A stretch of 64,000 nucleotides of DNA from assembly GCF_009914755.1 (NCBI RefSeq), contig NC_060925.1; one strand, 5' to 3'. How positions within the stretch are numbered: the stretch's first letter is position 1; every line of letters starts with the position of its first letter. Positions 15,900-31,505 of this stretch are shown one piece after another. The notes beneath the pieces were generated by a model. That model ran no database searches. It had not been told where the DNA came from and saw only the letters and a program-made list of their open reading frames with translations. Made by a program: the position numbers and the translations under genes. This DNA comes from the human T2T-CHM13v2.0 reference genome, Homo sapiens.

Positions 15900-16842
15900 C
15901 TGGTGTATAACATACTTCTACCCCTTTGTTTCCCAGGTAAAATGATTCTGTGGTGCCCGTTCTAACCTGGCTCCCAGAGTTACTCAGTGGCCTTGAGCTT
16001 TGATGACTCCCAGGGGTAATTTTCCTGATAATGATCCTTTATGGGCTGCCTTCCCTTCCCAGTTTCCCTTCCCTATTCCACTCCTGGTATATCCTGGGAT
16101 CACTTCCTAAATAAAATTCTACAGTTAAAACTTTATTTCAAATTGGAATGCTTCATACGTTGCTGGTGGGAATGTAAAATGGCGTAGCTGCTTTGGAGGA
16201 TAGTTTGGCAGGTTCCCAAAATGTTAAATATGGAGCTACCATATGACCCAACATTTCCACTAGGTATCTATACCTGAAAGAATTGAAACATATGTCCGCA
16301 CAAAAACTTGTACATAAATATTTATAGCAGCATAATCCATAATAGCAAGAAAGTGGAAACCACCCAAATGTCCATGAAATGGTGAATGAATAAGCTAAAT
16401 GTGGTACATCCATACAATGGAATAGTATTCAGCCATAGAAAGGAATGAAGTACTAATACGTGCTACAACATGGATGAACTTTGAAAACATTATGCTAGAT
16501 GAATGAAGCTAGTCACAAAGGGCCACATATTGTATGATTCCATTGATATGAAAGTCCAGAATAGGGAAATCTATAGACACAACAACTATATTTGTGATTG
16601 CTAGGGGTCAGGGGAAGAGGAGAATGGGAATAACTGCTAATGTGTATGAGGTTTCTTTATAGGGTGATGAAAGTGTTCTAAAATTGTGATGGTTGCACAA
16701 CTCTTAATATACTAAAAATCACCACATTATACACTTTGAAGGGGTAAATTATATGGTATGTGAGTTATATCTCAATAAAGCTTTTTAATTTTTTTAAAGC
16801 CCTTGTCTCAAGGTTCACTTCTTGGGAAACCTCAACTAGGAT
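15900..16842 (+). mobile_element. ERVL LTR16-like LTR split by an L1MB 3' fragment (16150-16797)
   Basis: CCTGGGATCACTTCCTAAATAAA ... CCTTGTCTCAAGGTTCACTTCTTGGGAAACCTCAACTAGGA flank an L1 3' UTR (GTTGCTGGTGGGAATGTAAAATGG ... TATCTCAATAAAGCT). Confidence 0.7.
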
Positions 16843-17085
16843 TCCCTAGAACCTAGAATTGTGCCTAGCACATAGTAAGTGTTTAATCAGTGTGGAAATA
16901 CATGTTGAATGACTGAATATTGAACAACAGCAAACTCAGGTTTAATATGTCACATACACACAACTGCTAATAGAACCATACCTCCATTCCCACAAGCCAG
17001 GCCTTGACCACCACCTCATTCCCTACGGGAAACATTAAGTCCGGCAGGCATGTCTGTTGCAATTGTTAGCTTGTGAAAGGAGCAG

Positions 17086-17395
17086 AGTGGTGTGTATGTG
17101 TGTTAGTGAGATGGTGAGGGAGGGAAAGGGATGTGTGTGGTGTGTATGGGGTTGGGGGTGTGTGTGTGTGATGTGTGTGTAGTATGTGTGGTGTGAATGC
17201 TGTGTGTGTATATATGTGTAGTGTGTGTATATGTGTGCTGTGCGGTGTGTGTGTGTATGTGTACAGTGTGTGTATGTAGTATGTATGGTATATATATGGT
17301 GTGTGCTGTACATATGCATGTGTGTGTGTATATGTGTGTGGTGTATGTGTGGTGTGTGTGTGTATACGTGTAGTGTGTTTATATGTGTGTGGTAT
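17086..17395. repeat. Degenerate (TG/TA)n low-complexity tract
   Basis: About 300 bp of GT/AT dinucleotide repeat. Confidence 0.9.
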
Positions 17396-18796
17396 GGGGT
17401 TCCTGCAGCAGGTCACTGTCACTCTGCAGGGTGTCCCCACCCGCAGGGATTTGGCCGACATCTTCAGCTGTCCATTGGTTGGCCAGTCCCATCTTTTGGG
17501 GTTCAAAGGCTGAGAAGAGAAAATGGAGCCCGACCCTGAGCAGGTTTAGAGCAGAGGACACCCCTCACCCATGATCCAACATGCCAGACCCTTTCTCATC
17601 TGTTAGCAAGAAAGCCAGTCCTTGAGGGACTTAGATCACTCCCATCACCATTAGAATGGGCTTCCCAACATCTATGACTCAACATCCCCCTCAACTGAGT
17701 GAGACTGTCAGATCCCTGCCCCCATCCCCCACCCCTACCTGCTATGGCCTAGCTGAGCTCCAAGGATGAAGACCCCGCGGCCCCAGGTGTGCCTGCGAAG
17801 CTGTATGTGGGGTGAGGAGCACACTGGTGAGCAGGGTGTGAGCCCTGGGACTGTCACAGCCCCGTAAGGTTCAGAGCAGGCTCCTTCCCACCTTGGCCCC
17901 GGTCTCCTGGGAGTGTGGTGAGGCACAGGGCTGGCTGTCTGCTGACATTCTCAGTCCTTCCAGCAGGGTACATCCTCTGCCCTTCCCCCTGAGGGGTTAA
18001 CCATCAGGACTGCCCCTCCTTCCTCAAACCCTGGCAGTTCCAGGGGTGCCCTCTGTCCCAGGCCTGGCCTGGCCAGCTGCCCCCTCCATTCTGCAGGGCC
18101 ATGTGGATTCCCTCTAGCTGTCCCTGGTCCAGGCGCTCAGTGGCAGAACTGTAAATCCTCTAGGCTGGCTCCAGACTCTACCTGCCTGGGCACCTGCTTC
18201 GGAGGACGGGCCTGCCTTTCCCGCCCCCGGCAGATGGCCACTGCGCCTTGGGATCTGCAAGCAGGAAAAGCAGCACCAAGCATCCCCTGACTGGGCCTCC
18301 CTTGGCCCTGGCCCGCTTCCCTCGCACCCCTCCCCAGGCAGCGTGCCCCTGCCCACCTGTGGGCAGCACTGGCTGTTGGCTCCAGCCCATTCCAGTGCTC
18401 ATTCTGACGGTTAAGTCAGACGTCACTCCACAAATATTTTTGGCCTCCTTGCTCTGAGCCAGGCACTGTGCCAGGCCCTGGGGATACCAAGATGAATGAG
18501 GAAGCTAGAGGGTACTGCCCACAAGGACTCAGGAGAGCAGAGCAAGTAACACAGAACGCAATGTAGTAAAAGCAAGGGCATTGTTCATAAAACAGAGCTA
18601 ATCACACGCAGGCACTGCTGTAAGCACTTTATGTACATTAGGTCATGTAGTTGCACAGCTCCATGGTGGAGGTCTCATTACAAATACGGAAGCTGAGGCT
18701 CAGAGAGGTGAGGACATTTGTCCAGGGCCACCCAACTACTACAAGGTCGAGGTAGGATTCAAACCCAGGCTGTCCAGCTGTCCAGCTCGAGCCTAG

Positions 18797-19058
<262 letters not shown>

Positions 19059-19266
19059 AAGGCTAGCTTTTAAACAATGTTAGATTGCTTCCAGATGAAC
19101 CCAGGAGGAAGAAGCTCAGAGGGCATCTCTGAGCTGCCTGGAGAGGTAGTGAGGGATCACCGGGCAGCTGGCTTTCTCTTCCCAGAGGCATTGAACTGAT
19201 TTAAATATGGCTCTAAACACAGTGAGCTGGCAGGGGCCTTGGGGCCTCATGATATTAAGCCCTTAA

Positions 19267-19713
<447 letters not shown>

Positions 19714-20543
19714 TGAGCAGAGGGCAGTCCTGGGGGTCCCAATGAGGCCTCTCCACCATTTATTTTATTCATTCCATTATAGTCCATACTTGCTTGATCA
19801 CCACACTTATTTCATTGCCTGTCTATCTCCTAAGTCTCCAAGTTCCCCCATGAGCCATCACACCTGGGCAGGGCATGAATGTTAACATGTATCCCCAGGA
19901 CCATGGTGATGGGGAGGGGGGTGGGGTGGTGGGGGGTGGGGGGGCAGGGTGAAGCTTCATTCATAAGCACCCTCACTCCTCACTACAAACTCTCAGAGAG
20001 TTCTGAGAACTCTCCAGGAACAATGTTGCAACCATTCGTTCCACACATATTTATCAAGGGCCTCCTGTGTACCACGCAGGATTTAGGCACCAGGAACCCA
20101 GATCCGCCCTCAAGGACCTCTAGTGCAGCAGGGGAGACAGAGAAGAAAGCAGGCAGCCACGTGCTAGGGAGAGCCAAGCCACGGGGGAGACCAGTGGCTC
20201 TTGGGGGTGGACTGACGACTGCAGGGTGAAGTTATCCCTTTGAGGGGCCCAGACACTGAGCTGAGAAATGGCACAATTGCTAGAGAGAGAATTACAAGAA
20301 AAGCTGAGCTGTGGATGCAAACGTGTGAGACAGAGAGGGGCAGGAGAAGAAGCCAGGCTGGCAGGGGTAGGGGGGTAATAATTCCAGTTCTAACTGCTTC
20401 TACACAGAAAAACTCATTCAATCCTCGCAACAAGTTTATGAGGCAGGTACTCTTAAAATACCGATTTCATAGGTGAGAAAACCATTGGCACAGAGAGGTT
20501 CAGTGACTTGCCTCGGACACACAGCTAGAAAGTAACAGGTAGG

Positions 20544-20841
20544 TTTTTTTTTTTTTTTTGAGACAGAGTCTTGCTCTGTCACCCAGGCTGGAGTGCAGTG
20601 GTGTGATCTCAGCTCTTGCAACTTCCACTTCCCGGGTTCAAGCTATTCTCCTGTCTCAGCCTCCAGAGTAGCTAGGATTACAGGCGTGCACCACCACACT
20701 GGGCTAATTTTTTGTATTTTTAGTAGAGGTGGAGTTTTACCAAGTTGGCCAGGCTGATCTCGAACTCCTGACCTCAAGTGATCTGCCTGCCTCGGCCTCC
20801 CAAAATGCAGGGATTACAGGTGTGAGCCACCGCGCCCAGCC
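20544..20841 (-). mobile_element. AluS inside a MIR
   Basis: Full Alu; TSD ACAG(G/A)TAGG. Confidence 0.9.
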
Positions 20842-22986
20842 ACAGATAGGATTTGAACCCAGGAAATCCGGCTCCAGCATCTGTGCTTCTAACCACCATA
20901 CTGCACGGCTGTGGCAAGCAGGAGTCAAACCATAGACATCCTTTTGGTCATACTAAGGAGCCTAAAATGCTCTCCCAGGGGATGCGGAGACCCTGGAAGT
21001 TTGAACGGGAAAGAGGGATGAGGCTGGAGGCCGCATGGAGGATGGGTTTCAGGGGTGAGGCGCGAGGGCAGCCAGGAGGCTGTTGCTGCAGCCAGGTGAG
21101 AAGAGGTCCAAGGCAGCGGTGGGAGAGGGCAGGATGAATTTGAGAAAAACCAAGAAGGTAAACTTGGCAAAATGTGTGACTGGCAGGAAATGAAAGCTTG
21201 TGAAGAGGGAGGTGTGAAGAGGGGCTTTCCGATCTCTGGCTGGGTGCTTGGGGGAGGGTGCGCCACCGGCCAGGCCACCGAACACAGGAGAAAGGCTGTC
21301 GGAGTGACGCTGAGTTGAGGTTGGGGTGTGTTGTCTTGGAAGTATTTGCGGGACGCCCAGGTGGAGGTGCACAGCAGTCAGTAGAACCCCACAGCCCTGC
21401 TGCTACACCAAACCCATCTTCTCCCCACCCACCCTGCCCCCTCCCCCAGCCCCATCTTCCTCACCCCCCTCCTCCCTCCATTCTAGAGCCACCAGACTCC
21501 TGGAAAGCCCCAGTGCTTCCTCTGGGTTCCCAAGTCCTTGCACCTGTGTGGCACCAGGGCCTCCTCCCTGAAGCAACAGTTCGCCTCCCGTGGAGTGGGC
21601 ATCGCAGATCCGCTCCCATTTCCGGCCTGCCCTTAATGTCCTCAGATGCTGGGATGGGAGTTTTCTAGTCTGTTTTCCCCTGGCAGCAGTGGGGACTTGA
21701 TCTCCCTCCACGTCGTGTGGCCACAGCCTGTGACTCCATCCCCGTTAAGTGAACCAACACCGAATTGAGGAAGATCCCGTGCCGACCTGCACACTGATCT
21801 GTTGCAAGTCTGCTCATCAGGGTTCCTAGAGGGCAGCCACCTGGGCTGTGGCAGGGAAAGAACTGGGTGTGTAGGGGAATCAGGAAGGGGGATTTGTGGC
21901 AGACAGAGCTTGGGATGGGATGGGACCCAGGGTGCCTGGGAGAGACCTCTCACCAGAGGTTAGGAATCTAGATGCTAACCCTGGCCCTGCTACTGTGCTG
22001 CTGTGTGACCTTGGGCATGTTACCCAACTGCATGCATCTCCTCTGTCATACTCAGGCTCAACAGCATAGCCTGGCAGCCGGACACATGGGCTGTCGACCT
22101 CCCTGTGTCACCTTCCTGCAGGGCGGCCTCTCTGCCATCAGGAGAGGGGAAGCCCACAGAGCCACAGTGAGCAGTGCTGGAGGGGTGGGCGCTTGGCAGA
22201 AAGCCCAGCAAGGTGTTTTAGCAGCAACAGGACAATAGAGCGGCTTAGCACCGGGAGCTTATTCTGCTTATTTTCCCATCTGTGTGTCGGGACATGCCAG
22301 GGCTGGGTGTCTACATTTCGGTAAGCCTCTTGCTACAATAGCATTCTCAGCAGCTTCAGTCACTTAGACCACAGTGGTAATCCGCTCAGGAAGAGCCCAG
22401 CCCTCGCCGCAGCAGCCCGGGGGGCCGTATTTGGGGCAGGACGCCCGTCTGCCTCTGCAGCCACTCCTATTGCCTGCCTGCCTCTCTTTCCTTGTCCAGT
22501 GTGTCACCTTCAGATGCCCTACAGGCCCCCCAACAAGGGTGGGTCAGTGGGAGCACTGATGGGTCCCTCCCAGCTGAAGGGAATTAGGTTAGACATGAGG
22601 AAGAACTGTCCCAGTGTTGGGGTGGCAAGTAAAGAGGAAGGTGGTTTCTTTTTCCCTAAACAGTTTTAAAAATATTAGCTATTCTTCTATCTGAGGTACA
22701 GTCAGGTGAGTTTGGCCTGGGGGCAGGGAGATGGCCACTGAGCCCCTGGAAAGGAGTTGAGTGGGGCTGGGCTTGGGGGAGGGAGGGCTATAGCAAAGAC
22801 ATGGGTGAGGAGGAGCTCTGGAAATAGCTCCCCCAAGGGGAAACATCTCCCTTTCCTCCTTGAGGTAACTGATCAGACTGGGAGTTCTGAGTCCCGGCTG
22901 TAGGGGCTGCCAGATTCTAGAAGCCTCTCTGACCCCCAGGTTCCTTTTCTGTCACACAGTTTTTGAGTAACTATAAAACATCTCTG

Positions 22987-23301
<315 letters not shown>

Positions 23302-24146
23302 TCAGAAAAGTCTCTGATCTGACACTCTCAGCATTTGATACTATTCACCCCTTCTTCCATTTTGAAATGTTCTTCCTTAATTATTGAAAGCAATATTCTT
23401 CAGGCTCTCTTGCATCTTCCATAGGAATTAGGAATCTTCTATTTGCAGGAAACAGAAAACCTCTCTACCTAACAGGCTAAAAAATACAGGACATCTATTC
23501 ATTCACAAATGGTTCCAGCAAGGACTGATGGAGCAACTCAGGGATGTCACATAGGGCTAGTTCTTTCTTTCTGCCCCTCTGTCTTCCTCAGCCTCATGCT
23601 CCCTCCCAGGCTGCTGCTCTTGGTGCCACCTGCCTCTTCCTTCACACAGTGATAGAAAGAGCTTCTTGTCCCAGGGTGTCATTCAAAAGCCCTGTAAGTC
23701 TCTGGTTGGCAAGACTTAGGAGACATGTCCCCCTCGAATCAATCATGATACCATGTGCTCCACTCCACAGCCAGAGATCCCTTCTGTCCCCAGAGTTGCC
23801 AGGATCTTCCAAATGAAAATAGGAGCTGCTGAGGTGGAGAAGGGGACTGGCCACTGGGGAGACCTCAACACATACCCTTGCCCTGACCCCTCCCACCTCT
23901 AGTTCTCTTCCTGCTGGCCTCAGCCTCCCTCTCCACACTGGCTCCCCCTGCATCCAGAGTCCCTCCCCGGCTGCAAGACCATGCCCCTGTGGCTGATTCC
24001 CTCCTTATCCACACTGAAGCCCTGACTGTCTTCCAACATCCTGTCCTGTATCTTGATCTGTTCACGAAGCATTTCTACTTGATGTCCTCAAATTAACCCT
24101 CATATAAAAAGAACTAATGATCCTTTCCCTGACATCACACGCCCGT

Positions 24147-24152
<6 letters not shown>

Positions 24153-24201
<49 letters not shown>
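24153..24201. repeat. (CA)n microsatellite
   Basis: About 24 AC units. Confidence 0.95.
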
Positions 24202-24202
<1 letters not shown>

Positions 24203-25089
24203 TGCTTGACTCTCCAGTTATTCCCATGTTGGGCTGGTCCTTCTCCTTTACCCCCAACATCACATCCTGCAGGACATCCTGGCAGTTCTCCGTTGCGTCT
24301 ACAGTTAGTTACCTTAAGCCTGGGCCACAGAAACATACTCCCCTAGTCTACAAAAATTAAAAGAAAAATTAGTCTACTCTTCAGTCCCAGACATGCTCCC
24401 AGTCTCCTCCTCACTTGGATGTCAGCCTTCCTGAAATGCCACTGCTTCCTGTCCCCCCTCCCTCAAACACCTTCAATGACTCCCCGTCTCTCACATGACC
24501 AAATTGACCTCCCTTCGCCTGGCATTTGAAGCTCTCTGAGAACCAGCCTGCTCTAACTTGATGGGCTTCGCTCTGCCGTCTGGTACAGATGTCTGTCTGG
24601 TTCACCATATACCTAGAAAGACCCTGAGCGTTCCTGCCTCTTCACTCCCCTGTAGCTTCCCAAAGGTCCCCATGCTCCTGGCAGCCTTCCCTGACCACCA
24701 CAGCCCCACAATCTCTCTGTCACTGTCTGGGTCAGTTGCCTGGCCCTCAGAGTCACTGCCCAGCCTCCCATTTTTGTGTGTGTAGAACTGTCTGCCTTTG
24801 TATTCCCAACTGCATCCAAAGCCCCTTGAGATAAGAGTCGCTGTCCTCAAATGCCCTGGGGGAGCCTGTTCTTGGTAGAAATGAGCTCCTGTGCATGGAA
24901 GCACCTTGCACCATTCTGAGTTCTGAGAGGGCAGAAAGGGTGGTTTGGTGTTTTACCAGGGAGGAGGTCAGGAGCAGGACCATTGAAAGAAACTGCAGAC
25001 ATTAGAGCCTCCTCAGGGAGGGTGCGGTTGTTAAGGGCAGCCTGCTTACAGGAGAGAGCCACAACCTGGCATCAGAAGACACCAGCTAT

Positions 25090-25392
<303 letters not shown>

Positions 25393-25590
25393 GGAAGAAG
25401 AAGGAGAAGAAGAAGGAGGAAGAGGAGGAGAAGGAGAAGGAGCAGGAGAGGGAGGAGAAGAAGGAGAAGAAGAAGAAGGAGGAGGAGGAGAAGGAGAAGA
25501 AGAAGGAGGAGGAGGAGAAGGAGAGGGAGAAGAAGGAGAAGAAGGAGAAGGAGGAGGAGGAGGAGGAGGAGGAGGAGGAGGAGAAGAAGA
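25393..25590 (+). repeat. (GAA/GAG)n polypurine array
   Basis: About 195 nt of A/G with a single C. Confidence 0.95.
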
Positions 25591-26037
25591 CACCACCTAC
25601 GATCCCAGCCACCCTGCTCACCCGCCGTGGGATCTTGGAGAAGTCACTTAGCCTCTCTGAGCTTTGGTTTCCTCACCTCGATGAAGGGGTATCATGTTAC
25701 CTGCTCTGCCTGCATCCCTGGGCTGTTGGAGGAGCACATAAGGCAATGTGCATGGAAGGGCTTTGCAAAACTCTGCAAATAGACTGGCCAAGGAGTGTGT
25801 ATCCAGTGGCCTGGCCTCAGTCTGGCCTGCCAGTGGGAGAGGCGAAAGGGCAAGAAGGAAGCCTGGCCCGCCCCCAGCGGGAGGCTGTGCACCCGTCTGG
25901 CCCTCAGCAGGCCATGGGGAGAACAGAAGCTGATCAAAGGCCAGGGTTGTAAACAGCAGGGGAGGGCACCTCTCCCCAGGAAGGGGGACCTGCGGACCAG
26001 CTCCATCTGACACCCTCCTGGCCGCCAGCAGGGACTT

Positions 26038-26055
26038 CCTGCCCTCTAGTGGACA
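26038..26055 (-). promoter_or_regulatory. Strong CTCF motif
   Basis: Reverse complement TGTCCACTAGAGGGCAGG matches CCASYAGRKGGCRS. Confidence 0.6.
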
Positions 26056-26409
26056 TAGTTAGGAGGTGCACCCACTTCTGAAGCCTGCGGGCTTCAGAAG
26101 CTGGCTGCGGGCTGCCTGGCCTAACAGCAGCAAGATCTGCAGATTGCAGAACGCCATCTGGCACCAACAACTGTGGCATGAACTTTGTTATCTTTTGGAA
26201 TTCTCAACAACCTTTCAAGGTTTGCATTATTATTCTCATCTTACAGAGGTGGATCCTAAGGCTTAGAGGGTATGGAATCACTCAAAGCCATAATGTTGGG
26301 GCTGGGCTTCCTCTCCACACCAGAGTGTGTGTGGAGGGGGGGTCTGAGTCCCTCTAGGCCAGGTCTCATGGAGCCGGGGGTGTGGAGGATGTGGGCTCAT
26401 TGTCAAGAA

Positions 26410-26572
26410 AGCCAGGCACGGTGGCTGATGCCTATAATCCCAGCACTTTGAGAGGCGAGGCCGAGGCAGGAGGATCGCTTATGCCCAGGAGTTCGAGACC
26501 AGCCTGGGCAACATAGTGAGGCCCCATCTCAAAATAAAAAAAAAAGAGAAAAAAGAAAGAAAGAAAAGAAAA
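26410..26572 (+). mobile_element. FLAM-C (free left Alu monomer)
   Basis: Monomer with GGAGGATCGCTT...GGGCAACATAGTGAG followed by an A-rich tail. Confidence 0.85.
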
Positions 26573-26703
26573 TCAGGACAGCTGGTGTTCTGACAAAGGC
26601 CTTCTGAAAACCCACCCCCTTCCCCTCTGTCTCTGTCTGCAGCTTGAACTTCCCTTCCAACATGGGGGCCGAACCTGTGGCCCATGACCCTTATCCTCTG
26701 AGG

Positions 26704-27025
26704 TAGGGTTGGCAAGCTTTTCTGTAAAGGGTGGGATAATAAACATTTTAAGCTTTGTGGGCCCTGTGGTTTCTGTTGCAGCTACTCAACTCTGCCGTTG
26801 TAGCAGGAAGCAGTCACAGACAATGCATAAGTGAATGAGCACGGCAGCGTTCCAATAAAACTTTATTTATAGACACTAGAATTCCAGTTTTTATATAATT
26901 GTCATGTGTCATGAAAGATTGTTTTTCTTTTTGGATTTTTTTTTCAGCCGTGTAAGAAAGTAAAAACCATTCTTAGCTTTCAGGCGGTCCAAAAACAGAG
27001 GCAGGCAGTGATTTCCCGATCCCTG
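26704..27025 (+). mobile_element. MER58B (hAT-Charlie)
   Basis: AGGGTTGGCAAGCTTTTCTGTAAAGGG...CCAATAAAACTTTATTTA...GATCCCTG. Confidence 0.85.
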
Positions 27026-27297
27026 CCCTAAGATGCAGGAGTCCATCTCTGAAGTATTGATACTTCAGCTCCTCTCGTGTGACTGTTTCAAGTCCCTTTC
27101 CCTTGTTCCATTTCTTCTTCCAGTGCCCTCTGTGATGCCAGAACCCAAGGTCCTGCCCTCAACTCTCTGTCCTCCCTTCCAGGGGACTTTTCATTCCATT
27201 GTCACAGTCGGCCGCAGGAAGTGCCAGCACATGCCCCTTTGCCCTCACTCCTCAGCCACAAAGTCTTTTCCGACCACCGACGGTCACCCATCCTTCA

Positions 27298-27730
<433 letters not shown>

Positions 27731-28010
27731 CTAACTTGGATCTAAATCCTGACTCTCCCACCAGCCAGCATGTGATCTTTATCCTTTCCCTCTCTGGGCA
27801 CTCATTGTGTCCATGTTTCATGCTAGTGTTGGAGAAGCAGTGTGGTGCTGTGATGTGAGCACTGAGTAAGTATCCAGGTGCCCCGGGGTCTGGTTCCAGC
27901 TCTGCGTTTTGTAGCCCTGTGACTTGAGGGAAGTTACAGGTACTGGAGGGCTCGAGCCATTTGCATTTGCATCAGGATAGACCTGGATCTCTAAAGAGAT
28001 CAACATTTGG

Positions 28011-28536
<526 letters not shown>

Positions 28537-28862
28537 CTATAGGTGGTCACGTAGCTGTGGCGAGGATGTCATCATCCAGAGAGAAGTTGAGTACCAGGGA
28601 CAGAGTCCTGAAATACGCACACAGGGTCAGTCTTAACCTTTGGTGGCCAGGAGGTGGCAGTATATGCCACTAAGGGGTGTTCTGAGGGGCAGGAAAGGGG
28701 CACTCAGGAGAGAGAAGCAGATCTCCCAAACTTCAGATTTACTTCCTAGTTGGGCAGTGGTGCCTGGCACCTAGGTGGTGTGGGGAGTGAGGGATGAGGC
28801 AGATGGAGATGAATCAGACGGAAGTAGAACTATGTGTAGCTTTCAACTAAAAACTCACTGGA

Positions 28863-29178
28863 GGCTAGGCTCTGCGGCTCGCACCTGTAATCCCAGCAAT
28901 TTGGGAGGCTGAGATGGGCAGACCGCCTGAGTCCAGGTGTTCAAGACCTGCCTGAGCGACATGGTGAGACCATGTCTCTACAAAATTTTTTTTTTAAATT
29001 AGCCAGGTGTGGTGGTGTGCACCTGTGTTCCCAGCTACTTGGGACTTGGGAGGCTGAGGCAGGAGGATCACTTGAGCCCAGGAGGGTGAGGTTGCAGTGA
29101 GCCGTGTTCATACCACTGCACTCCAGCCTGGGCAACAGAACAAGATCTCCTGTCTCCAAACAAAAGCAAAAACAAAAA
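28863..29178 (+). mobile_element. AluJ
   Basis: TSD AAAAC(C)TCACTGGA. Confidence 0.88.
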
Positions 29179-29209
29179 CCTCACTGGATGGGGATCAAGA
29201 TGTTACATT

Positions 29210-29470
29210 GCGAGAAGCACTTAACTAGGAGCCCAAAGGGTAGGGTATCTAGGTTCAAATCCCAGTTCTACTGTTTACTAGCTGTGTAGGCTTGGGCAAT
29301 CTATCTAACCTGTCTGTGTTTCCATTTCTTTGACTATAAAATAGGGGTAATGATAGTATCTATCTCCAACGGTTGTGTGAATATTAGATTAGTTGATATA
29401 AGAAAAGTTTTTAGAACAGCACTTGGCACATATAATGTGCTTATAAATACTAGCTACTAATATTATTATC
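29210..29470 (+). mobile_element. MIR
   Basis: GGTTCAAATCCCAGTTCTAC...TTAGAACAGCACTTGGCACATA. Confidence 0.7.
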
Positions 29471-29764
29471 TTTTAAATCATCCCTGAATGGGAAACCATC
29501 CAAGTCCCTCTTTCCTATGAAGAGGCCCCAAGATCTAAGTCTGGGACTCAGAAAGGTACCAGTCACGTAAGATCAGCTGTTGGGAGAAGGGTCCTGGCAG
29601 ACACGTACCACACCATGCCATTCCAGGAACCTCAGACTTCAGAGGCCATGCCAATGGAAGGGTAGGGTCAGAGCCACATACCTCCTTACCTTGATGTTCT
29701 TTTTACCTGACTAGGGTTTAACACCTCAGTGTCCAGGAGGAACTGGATCTAGAATAAATCTAAA

Positions 29765-29767
29765 TGT

Positions 29768-29814
<47 letters not shown>
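29765..29814. repeat. (TG)n microsatellite
   Basis: About 24 TG units. Confidence 0.95.
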
Positions 29815-29815
<1 letters not shown>

Positions 29816-30904
29816 TGCAGGTGGACAGGGGTGAAGTCTCTCTTCTTCCCTCACCCCTCCAGTTTGTCCCTGATCCTGAAGTCAAATGGTGAAGTGGAAA
29901 GACCCCTGGGCTGGGCATTAGGTTACCCATGTTCCAGTCCTGGCTCTGTGACTTTGGGCAACTTACTTTCCCTCTCTGACCTCAATTTCTCAAAGGTCTC
30001 TTCTAGCTGAGATATTTCATAATCTTTGAGTCAGCCTATGATTCTCCTCCCCAAGTCCTGCAGCTGCACCTCAGCCTCCTCTTCCACTGTCCTCTCCCTC
30101 ATCACCACCCCCCAACTCCAGTGTCCTTGCAAAAGGCTGCTAGACCTAGAAATGGCTTAAATCGTCTTTTGAGAGACAGAGAGAGAAAGAAAGAGAAGAC
30201 AGACAGCCTCCCGATTTTCATTTCCCCTATAGCGATGCTTCTCAGGGGTCAGTGGATGGGTCAAAACTGCCAATTTAGCAAACGCCTGGGCCCCTGGGAA
30301 TAGGAGTCTGAGAACAGGTAAGGGGCAGGCACTGTGGAGGTCAGATGTTTCCACGCAGGCTGTAGTGGAGGGAGGTGGTGGGCTGAGCTCCAGCTCCTGG
30401 AACGCCTCCCAAGGTGATCATTTCCTGACATTGCTGCTCAGAGCTCTGTGTCTGCCCCGGCCTACAGCCCTCACCCTAGTGGGCGGGCAGGGGCCACAGC
30501 ACACTGCTGGGCCCCGGTGGAAGATGTGAGTCCCTGGGAGCTGGGGGCCTCCAACCTTGTGAGGCATTTAGTATCTTGCTGTTGGGCTGGTGGCATCAGG
30601 GAGACCACCCTTCATTGCCAGAAACCAGGGCTCAAGATTCTCCCTCAAAAGTCCCTCTCCTCAGAACAAGCAGGGGTATGATCTGCTTTCATCTCCCTGG
30701 AGGTGCTGGGGGCCGAAGGAGAGTTGTGGTTCTGTCTGGCTCACTCTGATTTCTCATAAGCAACAGCTAGATGCACGGAGGATAAGCAGAGAAGCATTTC
30801 CTGGGCAGACAAAATCACGAAATGATGAAATGGTGGCTTGTTTCATAGTGTGGGTCACAGGTAGTCCTTTCTGGATTCAAGGAACTAAACCCACACCAAT
30901 AACC

Positions 30905-31095
30905 CAGATGGGCTAGATAATTTGCAGGATCTGATGCAAAATGAAAATGCAAGGCTCCTTGTTGAAAAAGTATTAAGAATTTAAACAAGAGAACAATAAA
31001 GCATTAAAACAAGCAGGAGGCCCTCTGAGTGTGGGGCCCTTCTGAGAACAGGACCTGATAGACTGCATGATGCGTGCCCATGGAAGCCAGCCCTG
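30905..31095 (-). mobile_element. MER45A (hAT-Tip100)
   Basis: ATAATTTGCAGG...TGCAAAATGAAAATGC...GGGGCCCTTCTGAG...CCCATGGAAGCCAGCCCTG. Confidence 0.75.
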
Positions 31096-31134
31096 CAGAG
31101 AACTATCATTTCTTAAGCACCTACTATGTGCCCA

Positions 31135-31505
<371 letters not shown>

